From the NCBI GenBank assembly GCA_041737745.1, contig JBGSRC010000003.1, forward strand, positions 36,631 through 100,630: a DNA stretch of 64,000 bases, read 5' to 3'. Each line of letters begins with the position of its first letter. Position 1 is the stretch's first letter. Below, piece by piece: positions 27,799 through 37,203 of this stretch. Under the pieces are notes generated by a model. The model did not search any database. It saw nothing but the letters and a program-made list of their open reading frames with translations, and had not been told where the DNA came from. Made by a program: the position numbers and the translations under genes. This stretch comes from Candidatus Caenarcanales bacterium (GTDB lineage Bacteria; Cyanobacteriota; Vampirovibrionia; Caenarcaniphilales; Caenarcanaceae).

Positions 27799-29628
27799 AT
27801 GCTCGCCCTAAATAAAAAACACTCACAACTGCTCCTCCTTGCCCTGACAGTAAGTCTGAGCAGCCATGTTTTCGCTCAAGAGATAGGCCAAAACACTGTC
27901 TCCCTCGAAACGCAAGAACTGATCGCCTTAGAACCCCCAGCTTCAACATTGGAGCTCAAAGGCCTATACAGCGCGCAAGCGCGCCAACTGCCGAGCGCCT
28001 TGGTGGAAGAACCAACAGCAAACCCGCTCGGTATCTTCGAGAATTTGCCACCGGCCGAAGATCCCTACAAGCTAATAGAAGAGCTCACTGACCCCAATGC
28101 CCCCATCCCCTCCAGTCCTTTTTTCGGAGATGACGCCGATATAGCAGGCAAAAGGCTAGATAAGACTATCCCACTGGATAGACCGCTCACAGACTGGCAG
28201 AAAGACATGCTTGACCCGATAGAGCTCGATATTAGCTCAGAGAGCATAGCCAAGCTAAATCTTTCCAGTACGCTTTTTCGGGCTATGCAAGAAAATCTGC
28301 CCTACAAAGTAGTGAACGAGACGGTGATCCGTGACCGTTGGGCTTTCTGGAACAGTTCCTCAAGACTTCTACCAGACGTTTTTCTAAGCTACAACATGAC
28401 TGACCGCTCAATCCAAGCGGCGAGAGGATCATTGCAAGGCTTCCAGTCTGGTGGTACTCGTACTTTTCATCAATTTGGGCTAGGGATCAACTACGATCTG
28501 AGCGGTTCAGAAGTATTCAACACGATCGCTTCATACTATGACTGGATGGCCAATGTCGAGTTTCAAGGCTCTAGTCTGCAAGATCTGTTGAGAGAAGCCT
28601 CAAATCGCTATTTTGATGTGATGCGCTCCAGAGGAGAGCTAGCAGTCCGGATCGAGGGCGTCAAACAAGCCAAAATCCAACTGCAACTAAACGAAAGACT
28701 AGAACAAGCAGGCGTCGGCACCCGTTTTGCCGTTCTGCAAGCCACCGAACAGATGGCTGAGACTGAGCTTTCTTTGATCTCTCAGCAAGCACTGGCCCGC
28801 ATCTCTGAGATTAGACTCTTGAATTTTCTCAATCTGCCCCTCGGCACAAATCTCGTTTTAGAGGAAAATGCGCTCAAAAAGAGAACCTTGGTTAGCCAAG
28901 ACTATGAAATCTTCGATCTAGTGGAGATGGGTTTGGGCAATAGACCGGATATCACCAGACGCAGTTTCAGCTATCAGGCGGCTAAGACGCGGATTTGGCA
29001 GGCTGTCGCTGATTTTGGTCCTACTTTTTCCTTGAATGCCAACACTACCAGCAGCACAAATAGCGTTTCTGGTGGAGTGGGAGCAGCTTTCCGCCCAAAT
29101 AATGTGATTGAGTTTCGGACTATTGGGTTGGGTATAGACTGGACAATCGGGCGGGGCCTTGGTCTTGGCCAGATCTCTTCGATCAATCAGCGTAAAGCAG
29201 AAGCCAGAGCGGCCAGCTTTGAGCTACAAAACGCCAAACTGAGCGTGGAGACTGAAGTGCGCGAATCTTTCTTGCGTAGCAAATCGGCTGAAAAACAGAT
29301 CGGTACTTCCCAGAAGCAACTCGATGCAGCTACTGAGGCTATCAAGCTTGCCCGGATTCGCTTAGCCAATGGAGTGGGGACAAACATCGACTTACTCGAT
29401 ATTCAGCGCAACTATGTCGATGCTTTGATCAATAAAGTCCGTTCGATCATCGACTATAACCAGTCACAGGTTGATTTGCTTCGTGCAACTGGTTTGATTA
29501 CGCCTTCTACTGTTTTGCATCAGACCTTGGCTTTTAGTCCTTATTGGGGGAAAGATTATGCGCCTAAGGGTTCGGCTTATGCTCCTACGGATTTTGAGCA
29601 GGCTGATTATGACAATGATGAGAGCTGA
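27799..29628 (+). CDS. TolC family outer-membrane efflux protein
   Basis: Signal peptide; two OEP halves (GVGTRFAVLQA, GVGTNIDLLDIQ, YNQSQVDL). Confidence 0.88.
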   Translation: MLALNKKHSQLLLLALTVSLSSHVFAQEIGQNTVSLETQELIALEPPASTLELKGLYSAQARQLPSALVEEPTANPLGIFENLPPAEDPYKLIEELTDPNAPIPSSPFFGDDADIAGKRLDKTIPLDRPLTDWQKDMLDPIELDISSESIAKLNLSSTLFRAMQENLPYKVVNETVIRDRWAFWNSSSRLLPDVFLSYNMTDRSIQAARGSLQGFQSGGTRTFHQFGLGINYDLSGSEVFNTIASYYDWMANVEFQGSSLQDLLREASNRYFDVMRSRGELAVRIEGVKQAKIQLQLNERLEQAGVGTRFAVLQATEQMAETELSLISQQALARISEIRLLNFLNLPLGTNLVLEENALKKRTLVSQDYEIFDLVEMGLGNRPDITRRSFSYQAAKTRIWQAVADFGPTFSLNANTTSSTNSVSGGVGAAFRPNNVIEFRTIGLGIDWTIGRGLGLGQISSINQRKAEARAASFELQNAKLSVETEVRESFLRSKSAEKQIGTSQKQLDAATEAIKLARIRLANGVGTNIDLLDIQRNYVDALINKVRSIIDYNQSQVDLLRATGLITPSTVLHQTLAFSPYWGKDYAPKGSAYAPTDFEQADYDNDES

Positions 29629-30010
29629 GCCTGATCTCTTAGCGTGAGTGCTTTGGTTCCTTTGTGGTTTTTCTTGTTTACATTGTTTTTCACTGTATCT
29701 TCCAGCGGGAGTTTGAGGGCTGCAGGCCCTCATTGAACTTGGTTCTTTCTAATTCCCCCTCCGAGGAGGGGGTAGGGGGGTGGCAAGGTTGAGCCTTATT
29801 GCCTAGCGTGAGTGCTCTGGTCTCTTTGTGGTTTTTCTTGTTTACATTGTTTTTCACTGTATTTTCCAGCGGGAGTTTGAGGGCAGCAGGCCCTCATTAA
29901 ACTTAATTCTTTCTAATTCCCCCTCCGAGGAGGGGGTAGGGGGGTGGCAAGGTTGAGCCTTATTGCCTAGCGTTAGTGCTTTAGTCTCTTTGTGGTTAAT
30001 CTTGTTTACA
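29626..30010 (+). repeat. Tandem array of a 164-bp composite unit (two full copies plus a partial third)
   Basis: AGCGT(G/T)AGTGCT recurs at 29641, 29805 and 29969; each full unit contains modules A, B and E. Confidence 0.95.
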
Positions 30011-30038
30011 CGCAAGCTTCAGAGGGGTATTAGGGCAC

Positions 30039-31376
30039 TTAAGCTATGCAGTGCGCCTGCAAATCGTACTCATCAGCCCCAGTCACAGCAACAGAAACAA
30101 ACTCACCCAATAAACTCTGACGCTTCTCAGCACTCAGATCAGCCAAAATCACCTGCCCATCGATCTCCGGCGCGTCCCGCCAAGTCCGCCCAATCAAATT
30201 ATCTTCAATCTCCCGAACCAATAAAACCTGTTCAGTAGTCCCCACCAGAGCCCGATTTTTTGTCAAAGAAATGCCAGCCTGTAGCTCCATCAACTTTCTT
30301 CGCCGGCTTTTTTTAGTCTTCTCTGGCACTGGGTTGGGGAGATCAGCGGCCACAGTCCCCTCCTCAGACGAATAAGTGAAAACACCAACCCGCTCAAAGC
30401 GCTGCTCAGCCACAAAGTCCATAAGATGAGCGAAATGCTCCTCAGTCTCGCCCGGATAACCAACGATGAAAGTTGTTCGTATAGCCGCCTGCGGCAAGAT
30501 TTCTCGAATCATATCCAGCGTAGCTTTGGAATTAATCGGCCTTTTCATCGAGCGCAAGAGCTCTGGGTGAGAATGCTGAAGCGGAATGTCGATATAGGGC
30601 AAAATGCGCTTCGAGCCAGCAATCACCTCAAGCGTCGCTCTAGTGACCTCGGCCGGATACCAATACATCAAACGAATCCACGGCACTTCTGTCTCCAGGT
30701 CAAGCCGACGCAAGAGCTCAGCAAGCAGCCATTGGCCACGATGCAGGTCTAGCCCATAAGCGCTCGAGTCTTGCGAGACGAGGATCACCTCTTTCACCCC
30801 TTCTTCACCGAGTTGACGAACTTCTTCCACTATGTCGTCCATCGCTCTACTCTGGAGATCGCCCCTTAGCTGCGGAATGATGCAAAAAGTACAACGATGA
30901 TTGCAACCTTCAGAGATCTTCACATAGGCGCTCACTCCCCCACTGAGCCGCAGGCGAGGAGTTTTAGCGGAAGCGATGTAGCCGCCCTTACTGGCATTCA
31001 GGAAGCTCTTTTGCGCGCTGGGATTGTTGTTCACCCAGTGTACGGCTTCGCCGATCCGTTCTATGTCGGAAGTTCCGATCAGGGCATTCACTTCCGGTAT
31101 TTCTTTGAAGAGCTCTTCTTGGTAGCGTTGGGCGAGGCAACCGGCCACTATTATTTTTTTGCCTTCATCGACCATTTCCAAGATCCGGTCTAGGCTTTGT
31201 TTGGTGGAGCCTGAGATGAAAGTACAAGTGTTCACTATGCAGATATCGGCGCTCTGGGGCGAAGCTGTCACCCTGTAGCCGGCCGCTTGCAATAGTCCGA
31301 GCATGTTTTCGGAGTCAGCTTCGTTTTTGGCGCAGCCGAGAGTGCTTAAATTGATCTTTAAATTTGATTGGCTCAT
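30039..31376 (-). CDS. rimO: Ribosomal protein S12 methylthiotransferase RimO
   Basis: LGCAKNEADSE, VNTCTFI, radical SAM KISEGCNHRCTFC, YIDIPLQH, RTTFIVGYPGET, DAPEIDG. Confidence 0.96.
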   Translation of the reverse strand: MSQSNLKINLSTLGCAKNEADSENMLGLLQAAGYRVTASPQSADICIVNTCTFISGSTKQSLDRILEMVDEGKKIIVAGCLAQRYQEELFKEIPEVNALIGTSDIERIGEAVHWVNNNPSAQKSFLNASKGGYIASAKTPRLRLSGGVSAYVKISEGCNHRCTFCIIPQLRGDLQSRAMDDIVEEVRQLGEEGVKEVILVSQDSSAYGLDLHRGQWLLAELLRRLDLETEVPWIRLMYWYPAEVTRATLEVIAGSKRILPYIDIPLQHSHPELLRSMKRPINSKATLDMIREILPQAAIRTTFIVGYPGETEEHFAHLMDFVAEQRFERVGVFTYSSEEGTVAADLPNPVPEKTKKSRRRKLMELQAGISLTKNRALVGTTEQVLLVREIEDNLIGRTWRDAPEIDGQVILADLSAEKRQSLLGEFVSVAVTGADEYDLQAHCIA

Positions 31377-31446
31377 GTTAATTTTTGGCTTTGTGACTGG
31401 CCTCTAAGAGAGTATTTGGTGATATTATTAAAATCATATTAATACG

Positions 31447-32640
31447 ATGATTAAGACTACAACAAATACCATAAAATCATTTGAAACAACTGCTGCCCGC
31501 GAGGGAACAGCGATCGATTCAACTTTTAAAGCTGTCATGACGCCTATCTATATGACCTCTATATTTTACCAAGAGGCTTTAGGTGTTGTTTCCGAATTTG
31601 AATATACTCGCTCGGCAAACCCCACCCGAAACGCTCTTGAAGTTGCCCTCGCTAAGCTGGAAGGCGGCTCTGGAGCAGTGGCTACAGCTTCTGGAATGGC
31701 TGCAACATCACTGATTTTTCTTTCGCTGCAAGCAGGCGATCATGTGCTCACCCAAGCCCAAATGTATGGCGGGTCTTTACGGCTTTGCGGCCGGATGCGT
31801 CAACAGCATGGCTTAGAAATTAGTCAGTTATTCGATATAAACGATTTTGAGGCTGTCCGAAAATCGATCAAACCGAACACTAAGCTGATCTGGATTGAGA
31901 CCCCCTCCAATCCGTTATTTCAGATAATAGATCTAGAAAAGCTCTGCCTTCAGGTAAAAGCAGAATTTCCGGATGTGCTAATTGCTTGTGACAATACGAT
32001 GGCCTCTTCTTATTTTTTGAAGCCACTCGCTCTAGGTTGTGATCTGGTGATGCATTCGAGCACCAAATACCTGAACGGCCACAGTGATGTGATTGGGGGG
32101 ATCGTGGTGGCTAAGAGCGAAGAACTTTTAGCGCGTTTACGTTTCACCGCCAATTGTTTTGGACTTACCGAGAGTCCTTTTGATGCATGGTTGGTGCTGC
32201 GGGGCTTACGCACTTTGCCTCTCCGGATGAGGGCGCACGAAGAGAATGCCCTAGCTGTTGCTGGGTATCTTTTAGCTTCCGAGTTTGTGGAAAAAGTCTA
32301 TTATCCCGGTCTAGTCAGTCATCCCGGTCATGAGATAGCAAAAAAACAGATGAGCGGCTTTGGCGGGACTTTGTCTTTTCGGCTGAAGGCTGGCGCTATC
32401 GATTTGCCGGGTTTTTTGCAGATGCTTGAGCTCTTTACGCTCTCAGTCTCTTTAGGCGGGGTGGAGTCTTTGATCGCGCAGCCTTGGAGCATGAGTCATG
32501 GTGGTGTGCCGGCCGAGGAGAAGATGGCCACGGGGATCACGCCTGAGCTAGTAAGGATTTCCTGTGGGATCGAGAGTCAGCAAGATTTGATCGCAGATTT
32601 AGATCGAGCTTTTCAGGCCTGTTGTTGTTGTAGCCAATAG
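31447..32640 (+). CDS. Cystathionine gamma-synthase/beta-lyase family PLP enzyme (MetB/MetC/MccB-like)
   Basis: YTRSANPTR, ASGMAA, ETPSNP, DNT, HSSTKYLNGHSDV, SLGGVESL. Confidence 0.93.
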   Translation: MIKTTTNTIKSFETTAAREGTAIDSTFKAVMTPIYMTSIFYQEALGVVSEFEYTRSANPTRNALEVALAKLEGGSGAVATASGMAATSLIFLSLQAGDHVLTQAQMYGGSLRLCGRMRQQHGLEISQLFDINDFEAVRKSIKPNTKLIWIETPSNPLFQIIDLEKLCLQVKAEFPDVLIACDNTMASSYFLKPLALGCDLVMHSSTKYLNGHSDVIGGIVVAKSEELLARLRFTANCFGLTESPFDAWLVLRGLRTLPLRMRAHEENALAVAGYLLASEFVEKVYYPGLVSHPGHEIAKKQMSGFGGTLSFRLKAGAIDLPGFLQMLELFTLSVSLGGVESLIAQPWSMSHGGVPAEEKMATGITPELVRISCGIESQQDLIADLDRAFQACCCCSQ

Positions 32641-32693
32641 TTTTTTGTTTTGATTCAAAAAAATTCGCTAATAACACCGACACGGAAAAAGAA

Positions 32694-33638
32694 ATGCGCG
32701 TAGAAAAAAATCTAGTTTCACCACTAAAAAAGATTTCGGGCGAAAAGGTGAGTGCCCTCGCCAATAACTGGATCACCCCGCTCAGCATGGGCGGTTTAGT
32801 TCTGTCTTCATTGATTGGGCTCAACCGAAACTCGAATGCAGATGCGATCACCAGCTTGCCAGCAGCTAATCAGCCGAGCAATGCTCTTTTAAACCCGAAT
32901 TTCTGGAACGGTATAGGAGAGGGTAGTGCTGCTCTGGGTGACTTATCGCGGCCTGGCTCTTTTGTGGGGTGTGTGCTCCGGATGTTTTTGAACTTCTTCA
33001 TCAGCGATCCGGCTCAGGCTACTTTGATCAACAAGGCTTTTTACATGGCAACGCCTTTGATTGCTACGTCTTGGGCTGTCTCTGAGTCACCAGTGGCACG
33101 TGGTCAGTTGAAAAACATTTCTGGCTTTGGCTCTAAGCTGGCTCATGAAGCAAAGTTCTTTTTGACTGGTGGAAAGTCTTTCTTCAAGGGCAGCAATTGG
33201 GCGGCTTTAGGCAAAGAGATGCGGGCGCTCCGATCCTTTGGTGCTTTGGCTCAGCTCTTCAGCAAGCGTACGGCGGGGATCATTTTGGCTGTAGCTTGGA
33301 GTAGTTTGTTGGGTGGCAGTGCTCTAGTAGCCGATCATCTCTTGAATCCGAAAGCACGTGAGGTGAAAGGCTCGGCTTTGACTGAGGCTTCTTGGTTGGC
33401 GGTGAAAGGATCGATGAGCTTGTTGAGTCTTTCATATCTTAGCAAGGTCTTCAGTCCTCGTTACCGGACCACTAATGGGGTGATTGCGGCTATTTTGGCT
33501 GGGGCGACATTGGCGGCGAATATAGTCAGAACTGTTTTTGCTGATAATCCCCAGAAGGGTCAGGCCAGTCGGGTGGCAGCTGATCTATTGGCTCGTTTGG
33601 AGAGTTGGCGTGTTCGTTCCATTCATTCCCAAAGCTGA
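32694..33638 (+). CDS. Hypothetical multi-pass membrane protein
   Basis: 314-aa ORF with several hydrophobic Gly/Ala-rich segments; no family recognised. Confidence 0.72.
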   Translation: MRVEKNLVSPLKKISGEKVSALANNWITPLSMGGLVLSSLIGLNRNSNADAITSLPAANQPSNALLNPNFWNGIGEGSAALGDLSRPGSFVGCVLRMFLNFFISDPAQATLINKAFYMATPLIATSWAVSESPVARGQLKNISGFGSKLAHEAKFFLTGGKSFFKGSNWAALGKEMRALRSFGALAQLFSKRTAGIILAVAWSSLLGGSALVADHLLNPKAREVKGSALTEASWLAVKGSMSLLSLSYLSKVFSPRYRTTNGVIAAILAGATLAANIVRTVFADNPQKGQASRVAADLLARLESWRVRSIHSQS

Positions 33639-33745
33639 GCTTTGATCCAATTATGACGAAACATTGCTTGGGCACTGGGAATGATTTCTTGCCTTCCCCA
33701 TGCTCTCGAGGGGATCTGAGGGATCACGCCCTCAAACTCCCATAA
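33630..33745. repeat. REP-like node (long module E overlapping the stop codon plus module A inverted)
   Basis: CAAAGCTGAGCTTTGATCCAATTATGACGAAACATTGCTTGG at 33630; TGAGGGATCACGCCCTCAAACTCCC at 33717. Confidence 0.8.
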
Positions 33746-33841
33746 AGTTTTATTTCTTGAAGCTCAGTTCTTAAAAAAACAGGGGCTTGGGATCCCCCAA
33801 GAAAAAAGCCTTCTCTTTAGCTAGTTACTAAAGCTGCTACA

Positions 33842-34864
33842 ATGACGCTTTTTAGTAAAGCAAATTTCACGAGAATGAATAAAGTAAACCCAATCCAAAG
33901 ACCAATCCTAATAGGTCTTAAAGTACTGCCAAATAGAATAACGGAAGAAACCCGTCCCTTCCTAGAAAAACAACCCCTAAACAACCTAGATTCAGCCTTT
34001 AAAGTTCAAGGCAAAGTTCCCCTTCGCCAAAGCGAAGCACCACTTTTTGATCGCTCGCTCTTTGATAGCCTAACTGAACACATTGAAAGAGGCTTTGCTC
34101 CTCTGGTAAGCGAAAATTTGGCGGAACAAGAGACTCTAGAGATTACCAGAAGAAAAGAACAACAAAAAGAAGCAGGCCAAACACCTTACTTTGGCAGCAT
34201 GGCCAAAGCCTTAGATGATTTTGGGGAAGAGAGCAAAAAGCTAGTTTTAGCCCTAAATATCCTCGGTGATATTAGACCGCTCTCTGAAGAACTACTTGCA
34301 GCTTGGAAACTTCTAAAGAAAGATGGAATTTTCTTGAATATCCAAACCGTAGCTCCGCACTATGCCCAAAACATCCAATATCTTCAAGATTTTTACCCTA
34401 AAGGACTGGCAGAAGCAGAAATCTTTCATAATCCCACTCAACCAGAGGTGATTCACTCCATTTCTTTAGAAGTCGGAAAAGGCGATGGAAAAACTTTAGT
34501 AAACTGGACAGAATTGTTTCGGCATAGAGTAAGAAACGCCTCGGAAGAACTCAGCGCTGACTTTCAATTGTTGGAAAATGACTGGGTCACAATCAAAGCT
34601 CCCTTACCCTTTCAGCAGAAAACCAAGGCTGATCTGCTCTTTTCGCAAGGTAGCGAATTTGTCTTCAATATGCCGAGCGAGTTGCAAGATGACCCCGAAT
34701 GCAAGCCTGTAGGCACTATGTTTGCTTTGATCTCCAAGTTTGTAAAAAGCGACTCAGCTCAAATGCCCCCTCTTCCAATCCCAAGAGGGCAAAGGCAAGA
34801 AGGGAAAAAAGGCCAGAAGCGCCAACAAGGCGGTGGTGGCGATGATGGGCCGGGGGCAGCTTAG
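33842..34864 (+). CDS. Hypothetical protein with disordered C-terminal tail
   Basis: 340-aa ORF; no family recognised. Confidence 0.72.
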   Translation: MTLFSKANFTRMNKVNPIQRPILIGLKVLPNRITEETRPFLEKQPLNNLDSAFKVQGKVPLRQSEAPLFDRSLFDSLTEHIERGFAPLVSENLAEQETLEITRRKEQQKEAGQTPYFGSMAKALDDFGEESKKLVLALNILGDIRPLSEELLAAWKLLKKDGIFLNIQTVAPHYAQNIQYLQDFYPKGLAEAEIFHNPTQPEVIHSISLEVGKGDGKTLVNWTELFRHRVRNASEELSADFQLLENDWVTIKAPLPFQQKTKADLLFSQGSEFVFNMPSELQDDPECKPVGTMFALISKFVKSDSAQMPPLPIPRGQRQEGKKGQKRQQGGGGDDGPGAA

Positions 34865-34866
34865 AT

Positions 34867-35253
34867 CTACTGACTGACAGTGAGATGTTTGCAGATTTTC
34901 GCCAATACTTGGGTTACACGCTCTGGATGAAAAGGTTTCACGATGAAATCACAAGCGCCAAGCTTGATTGCTTCTATCACTTTCCCTTGTCCGCCTATAG
35001 CAGAGCACATCACTACTTTGGCTTCAGGGTCTAGCTCCACTATCTTTTTGAGCGCCTCAATTCCGTCTAAGTCGGGCATGGTAATGTCCATGGTGACTAT
35101 GTCGGGTTTGTTGCTGGCAAAGGCTTCGATTGCCTCGTAACCGTTAGTGGCTTCTCCGACCACATCGTAGCCGTTGTCTTGAAGGATATCTTTCAGTCTA
35201 TCCCTCATGAATCTTGAGTCATCTACTATCAGTACGGTAGTTTTCTTAGCCAT
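34867..35253 (-). CDS. cheY: CheY-like single-domain response regulator
   Basis: VLIVDDSRFMR, DIVTMDITMPDLDG, VMCSA, FIVKPF; ATG at 35253 with AAGGGG upstream. Confidence 0.9.
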   Translation of the reverse strand: MAKKTTVLIVDDSRFMRDRLKDILQDNGYDVVGEATNGYEAIEAFASNKPDIVTMDITMPDLDGIEALKKIVELDPEAKVVMCSAIGGQGKVIEAIKLGACDFIVKPFHPERVTQVLAKICKHLTVSQ

Positions 35254-35284
35254 GATCGTTTGGTATTCCCCCTTAGTTTGGTCT

Positions 35285-35758
35285 TTAGTTGAAGAGTGAG
35301 TCTGGATACATGATAAAAACGAATTGTTTCCTATCTCTATCTTCTTTCCCACAAATGCGACCGATCTTTCGATCTTTGTTTAGTGAGGAGAGATGGCCTG
35401 GGGCAATTTCTATGTCTTCCTGTTCGATTTGGGCCACTTCTTCTACAGAATCGACCATTAGACCATAGAGTTCTGTGCCTTTTTCTAGGATTATCCCTTG
35501 GGGGTTTTCGGGGGGCGGCAGGTCTAGGCCGAAGTTGAATTTTTTGCGGGTATCGATGATTGGAATCACTTGGCCGCGGAGGTTTATTGTGCCTGTAAAG
35601 TAGTGGGGCGATCCGGGTATTCTGGAGATGCAGTGTTGTTTAAGATTGATCACTTCACGCACTAGGTGAACTGGAATGCCCATGGTTTCGCCGGCTAGTT
35701 TGAATATTATAAATTTGCTGCTGTTTTTAGTTTGTTGTTCTGAGTCTGTGAGCTGCAT
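35285..35758 (-). CDS. cheW: Chemotaxis adaptor CheW
   Basis: FKLAGETMGIP...VREVI, IPGSP....GTINLRGQVIPIID, GLMVDSVEEV. Confidence 0.92.
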   Translation of the reverse strand: MQLTDSEQQTKNSSKFIIFKLAGETMGIPVHLVREVINLKQHCISRIPGSPHYFTGTINLRGQVIPIIDTRKKFNFGLDLPPPENPQGIILEKGTELYGLMVDSVEEVAQIEQEDIEIAPGHLSSLNKDRKIGRICGKEDRDRKQFVFIMYPDSLFN

Positions 35759-35804
35759 GATTGTCTCTTCTTTTTAGTTTATCTATCGTTCATATACCCA
35801 AGGC

Positions 35805-35968
35805 GGGAGCCAAGTTCAATGAGGCCCTGCAGCCCTCAAACTCCCGCTGGAAGATCAATGGGGAATGCCCCGCCCAAGCTCAAAGGGGGTTTGGAGTCTG
35901 GGTTATAGAAAAGCACAAAAAAAGTCAAAGCATTAACTCAATCTAGAACGGTCAAGGCTCAGCCTTGC
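35805..35968. repeat. REP-like node (module A inverted plus module E inverted)
   Basis: ATGAGGCCCTGCAGCCCTCAAACTCCCGCTGGAAGA at about 35819; GGTCAAGGCTCAGCCTTGC at 35950-35968. Confidence 0.8.
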
Positions 35969-36003
35969 AAAATGCTAAACTCGTGTTTTCTAAGATTTTC
36001 AAG

Positions 36004-37203
36004 ATGAAAAACAAATATAAAAAAGTAGTACTGGCCTACTCAGGCGGCCTAGATACCTCAGTAGCCCTCCGCTGGCTCCTCGAAAATATGGCCGAAGAAG
36101 TGATAGCCGTCACAGTGAACCTCGGCCAAAACGAAGACCTTGAAGCCACTAAACAAAAAGCCCTCAAAACCGGCGCCAGTCACTGCGAGATAATAGACGC
36201 CAAAGAAGAGTTCGTCAGCGAATATATCAGAAAAGCAATCTTCGCCAATTGCCGCTATGAATTCGATTATCCAGTCTCGACAGCCCTAGCTAGACCGCTG
36301 ATCGCCAGCAAAGTAGCGAGCGTCGCCCAAAAATATAATGCCGATGCCCTCGCCCATGGCTGCACTGGCAAAGGAAACGATCAGGTCCGCTTCGAGCTCT
36401 CTTGGTACGCACTTGTGCCGAAGCTAGCCGTCCTTGCTCCCGCGCGGATCTGGGGCGAACTGGGCGATCGCAGCAAAGCGATACAATACGCCAGACTGCA
36501 TGGTATCGACTTGCCGGTCACGCTAGAAAAGCCATTTAGCATTGACGCTAATCTCTGGGGGCGCTCTGTCGAATGTGGCGTACTAGAAGACGCTTGGTCT
36601 GAAGCTCCCGAAGAAGCCTATGCTCTGACCCTTGCCCCTAAAGACTGCTCGGCCGAGCCGGTCTATGTCGAAATCGAATTCGATCATGGCTTCCCAATAG
36701 CCCTCAATGGCCAAGCTCTAACTGGACTAGCCCTGATCGAAAAGTTGAATGCACTTGCTGGACGAGAGGGAATAGGCCGCATGGACCAGATCGAAAATCG
36801 CCTCGTCGGAATCAAAAGCCGCGAAATCTACGAAGCACCAGCCGCCCACGTCTTAGTGCAAGCGCACCGTGAACTCGAATATCTAGTCTCACCGCGCGAT
36901 TTGACTCGCTTCAAAGCCAGCATAGACCAAAAATACAGTGAGCTGATCTATGACGCCCAATGGTTTACCCCCTTGCGCGAAGCGCTAGACGCATTCCTCA
37001 CCGAAACCCAAGAAAGAGTAACCGGAACTATCAGGCTCAGACTGGAAAAAGGTAAGAGCAGTGTAGTTGGGCGCAGTTCGCCTTATAGCCTCTACAATGA
37101 AGATTTGGCGTCCTATACCGAACGCGATAGCTTCAAGCATCAAAGCGCCGAAGGCTTCATCGAACTCTATGGACTGCCGATCCGCACCTATTATGGAAAA
37201 TAA
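36004..37203 (+). CDS. argG: Argininosuccinate synthase
   Basis: VVLAYSGGLDTS, HGCTGKGNDQVRFE, FSIDANLWGRS, ENRLVGIKSREIYEAP; ATG at 36004. Confidence 0.97.
   Translation: MKNKYKKVVLAYSGGLDTSVALRWLLENMAEEVIAVTVNLGQNEDLEATKQKALKTGASHCEIIDAKEEFVSEYIRKAIFANCRYEFDYPVSTALARPLIASKVASVAQKYNADALAHGCTGKGNDQVRFELSWYALVPKLAVLAPARIWGELGDRSKAIQYARLHGIDLPVTLEKPFSIDANLWGRSVECGVLEDAWSEAPEEAYALTLAPKDCSAEPVYVEIEFDHGFPIALNGQALTGLALIEKLNALAGREGIGRMDQIENRLVGIKSREIYEAPAAHVLVQAHRELEYLVSPRDLTRFKASIDQKYSELIYDAQWFTPLREALDAFLTETQERVTGTIRLRLEKGKSSVVGRSSPYSLYNEDLASYTERDSFKHQSAEGFIELYGLPIRTYYGK

Noticed and set aside
32610-32640. CCCC tail of the cystathionine lyase as a metal-binding motif
   Set aside because: It is encoded by a TGT run in a G/T-skewed segment end, so it is probably a compositional by-product.
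34867-35758. cheW-cheY pair as a novel chemosensory system
   Set aside because: Both proteins are canonical, and split che clusters are common.
37067-37192. Long N-terminal extensions in the ORF track for hisZ, carA (55068-55166), adk (60718-60849), glmS (46799-46891), cheY (35254-35352) and the 44982 ORF
   Set aside because: They overlap upstream genes or repeats; family-typical starts lie downstream.
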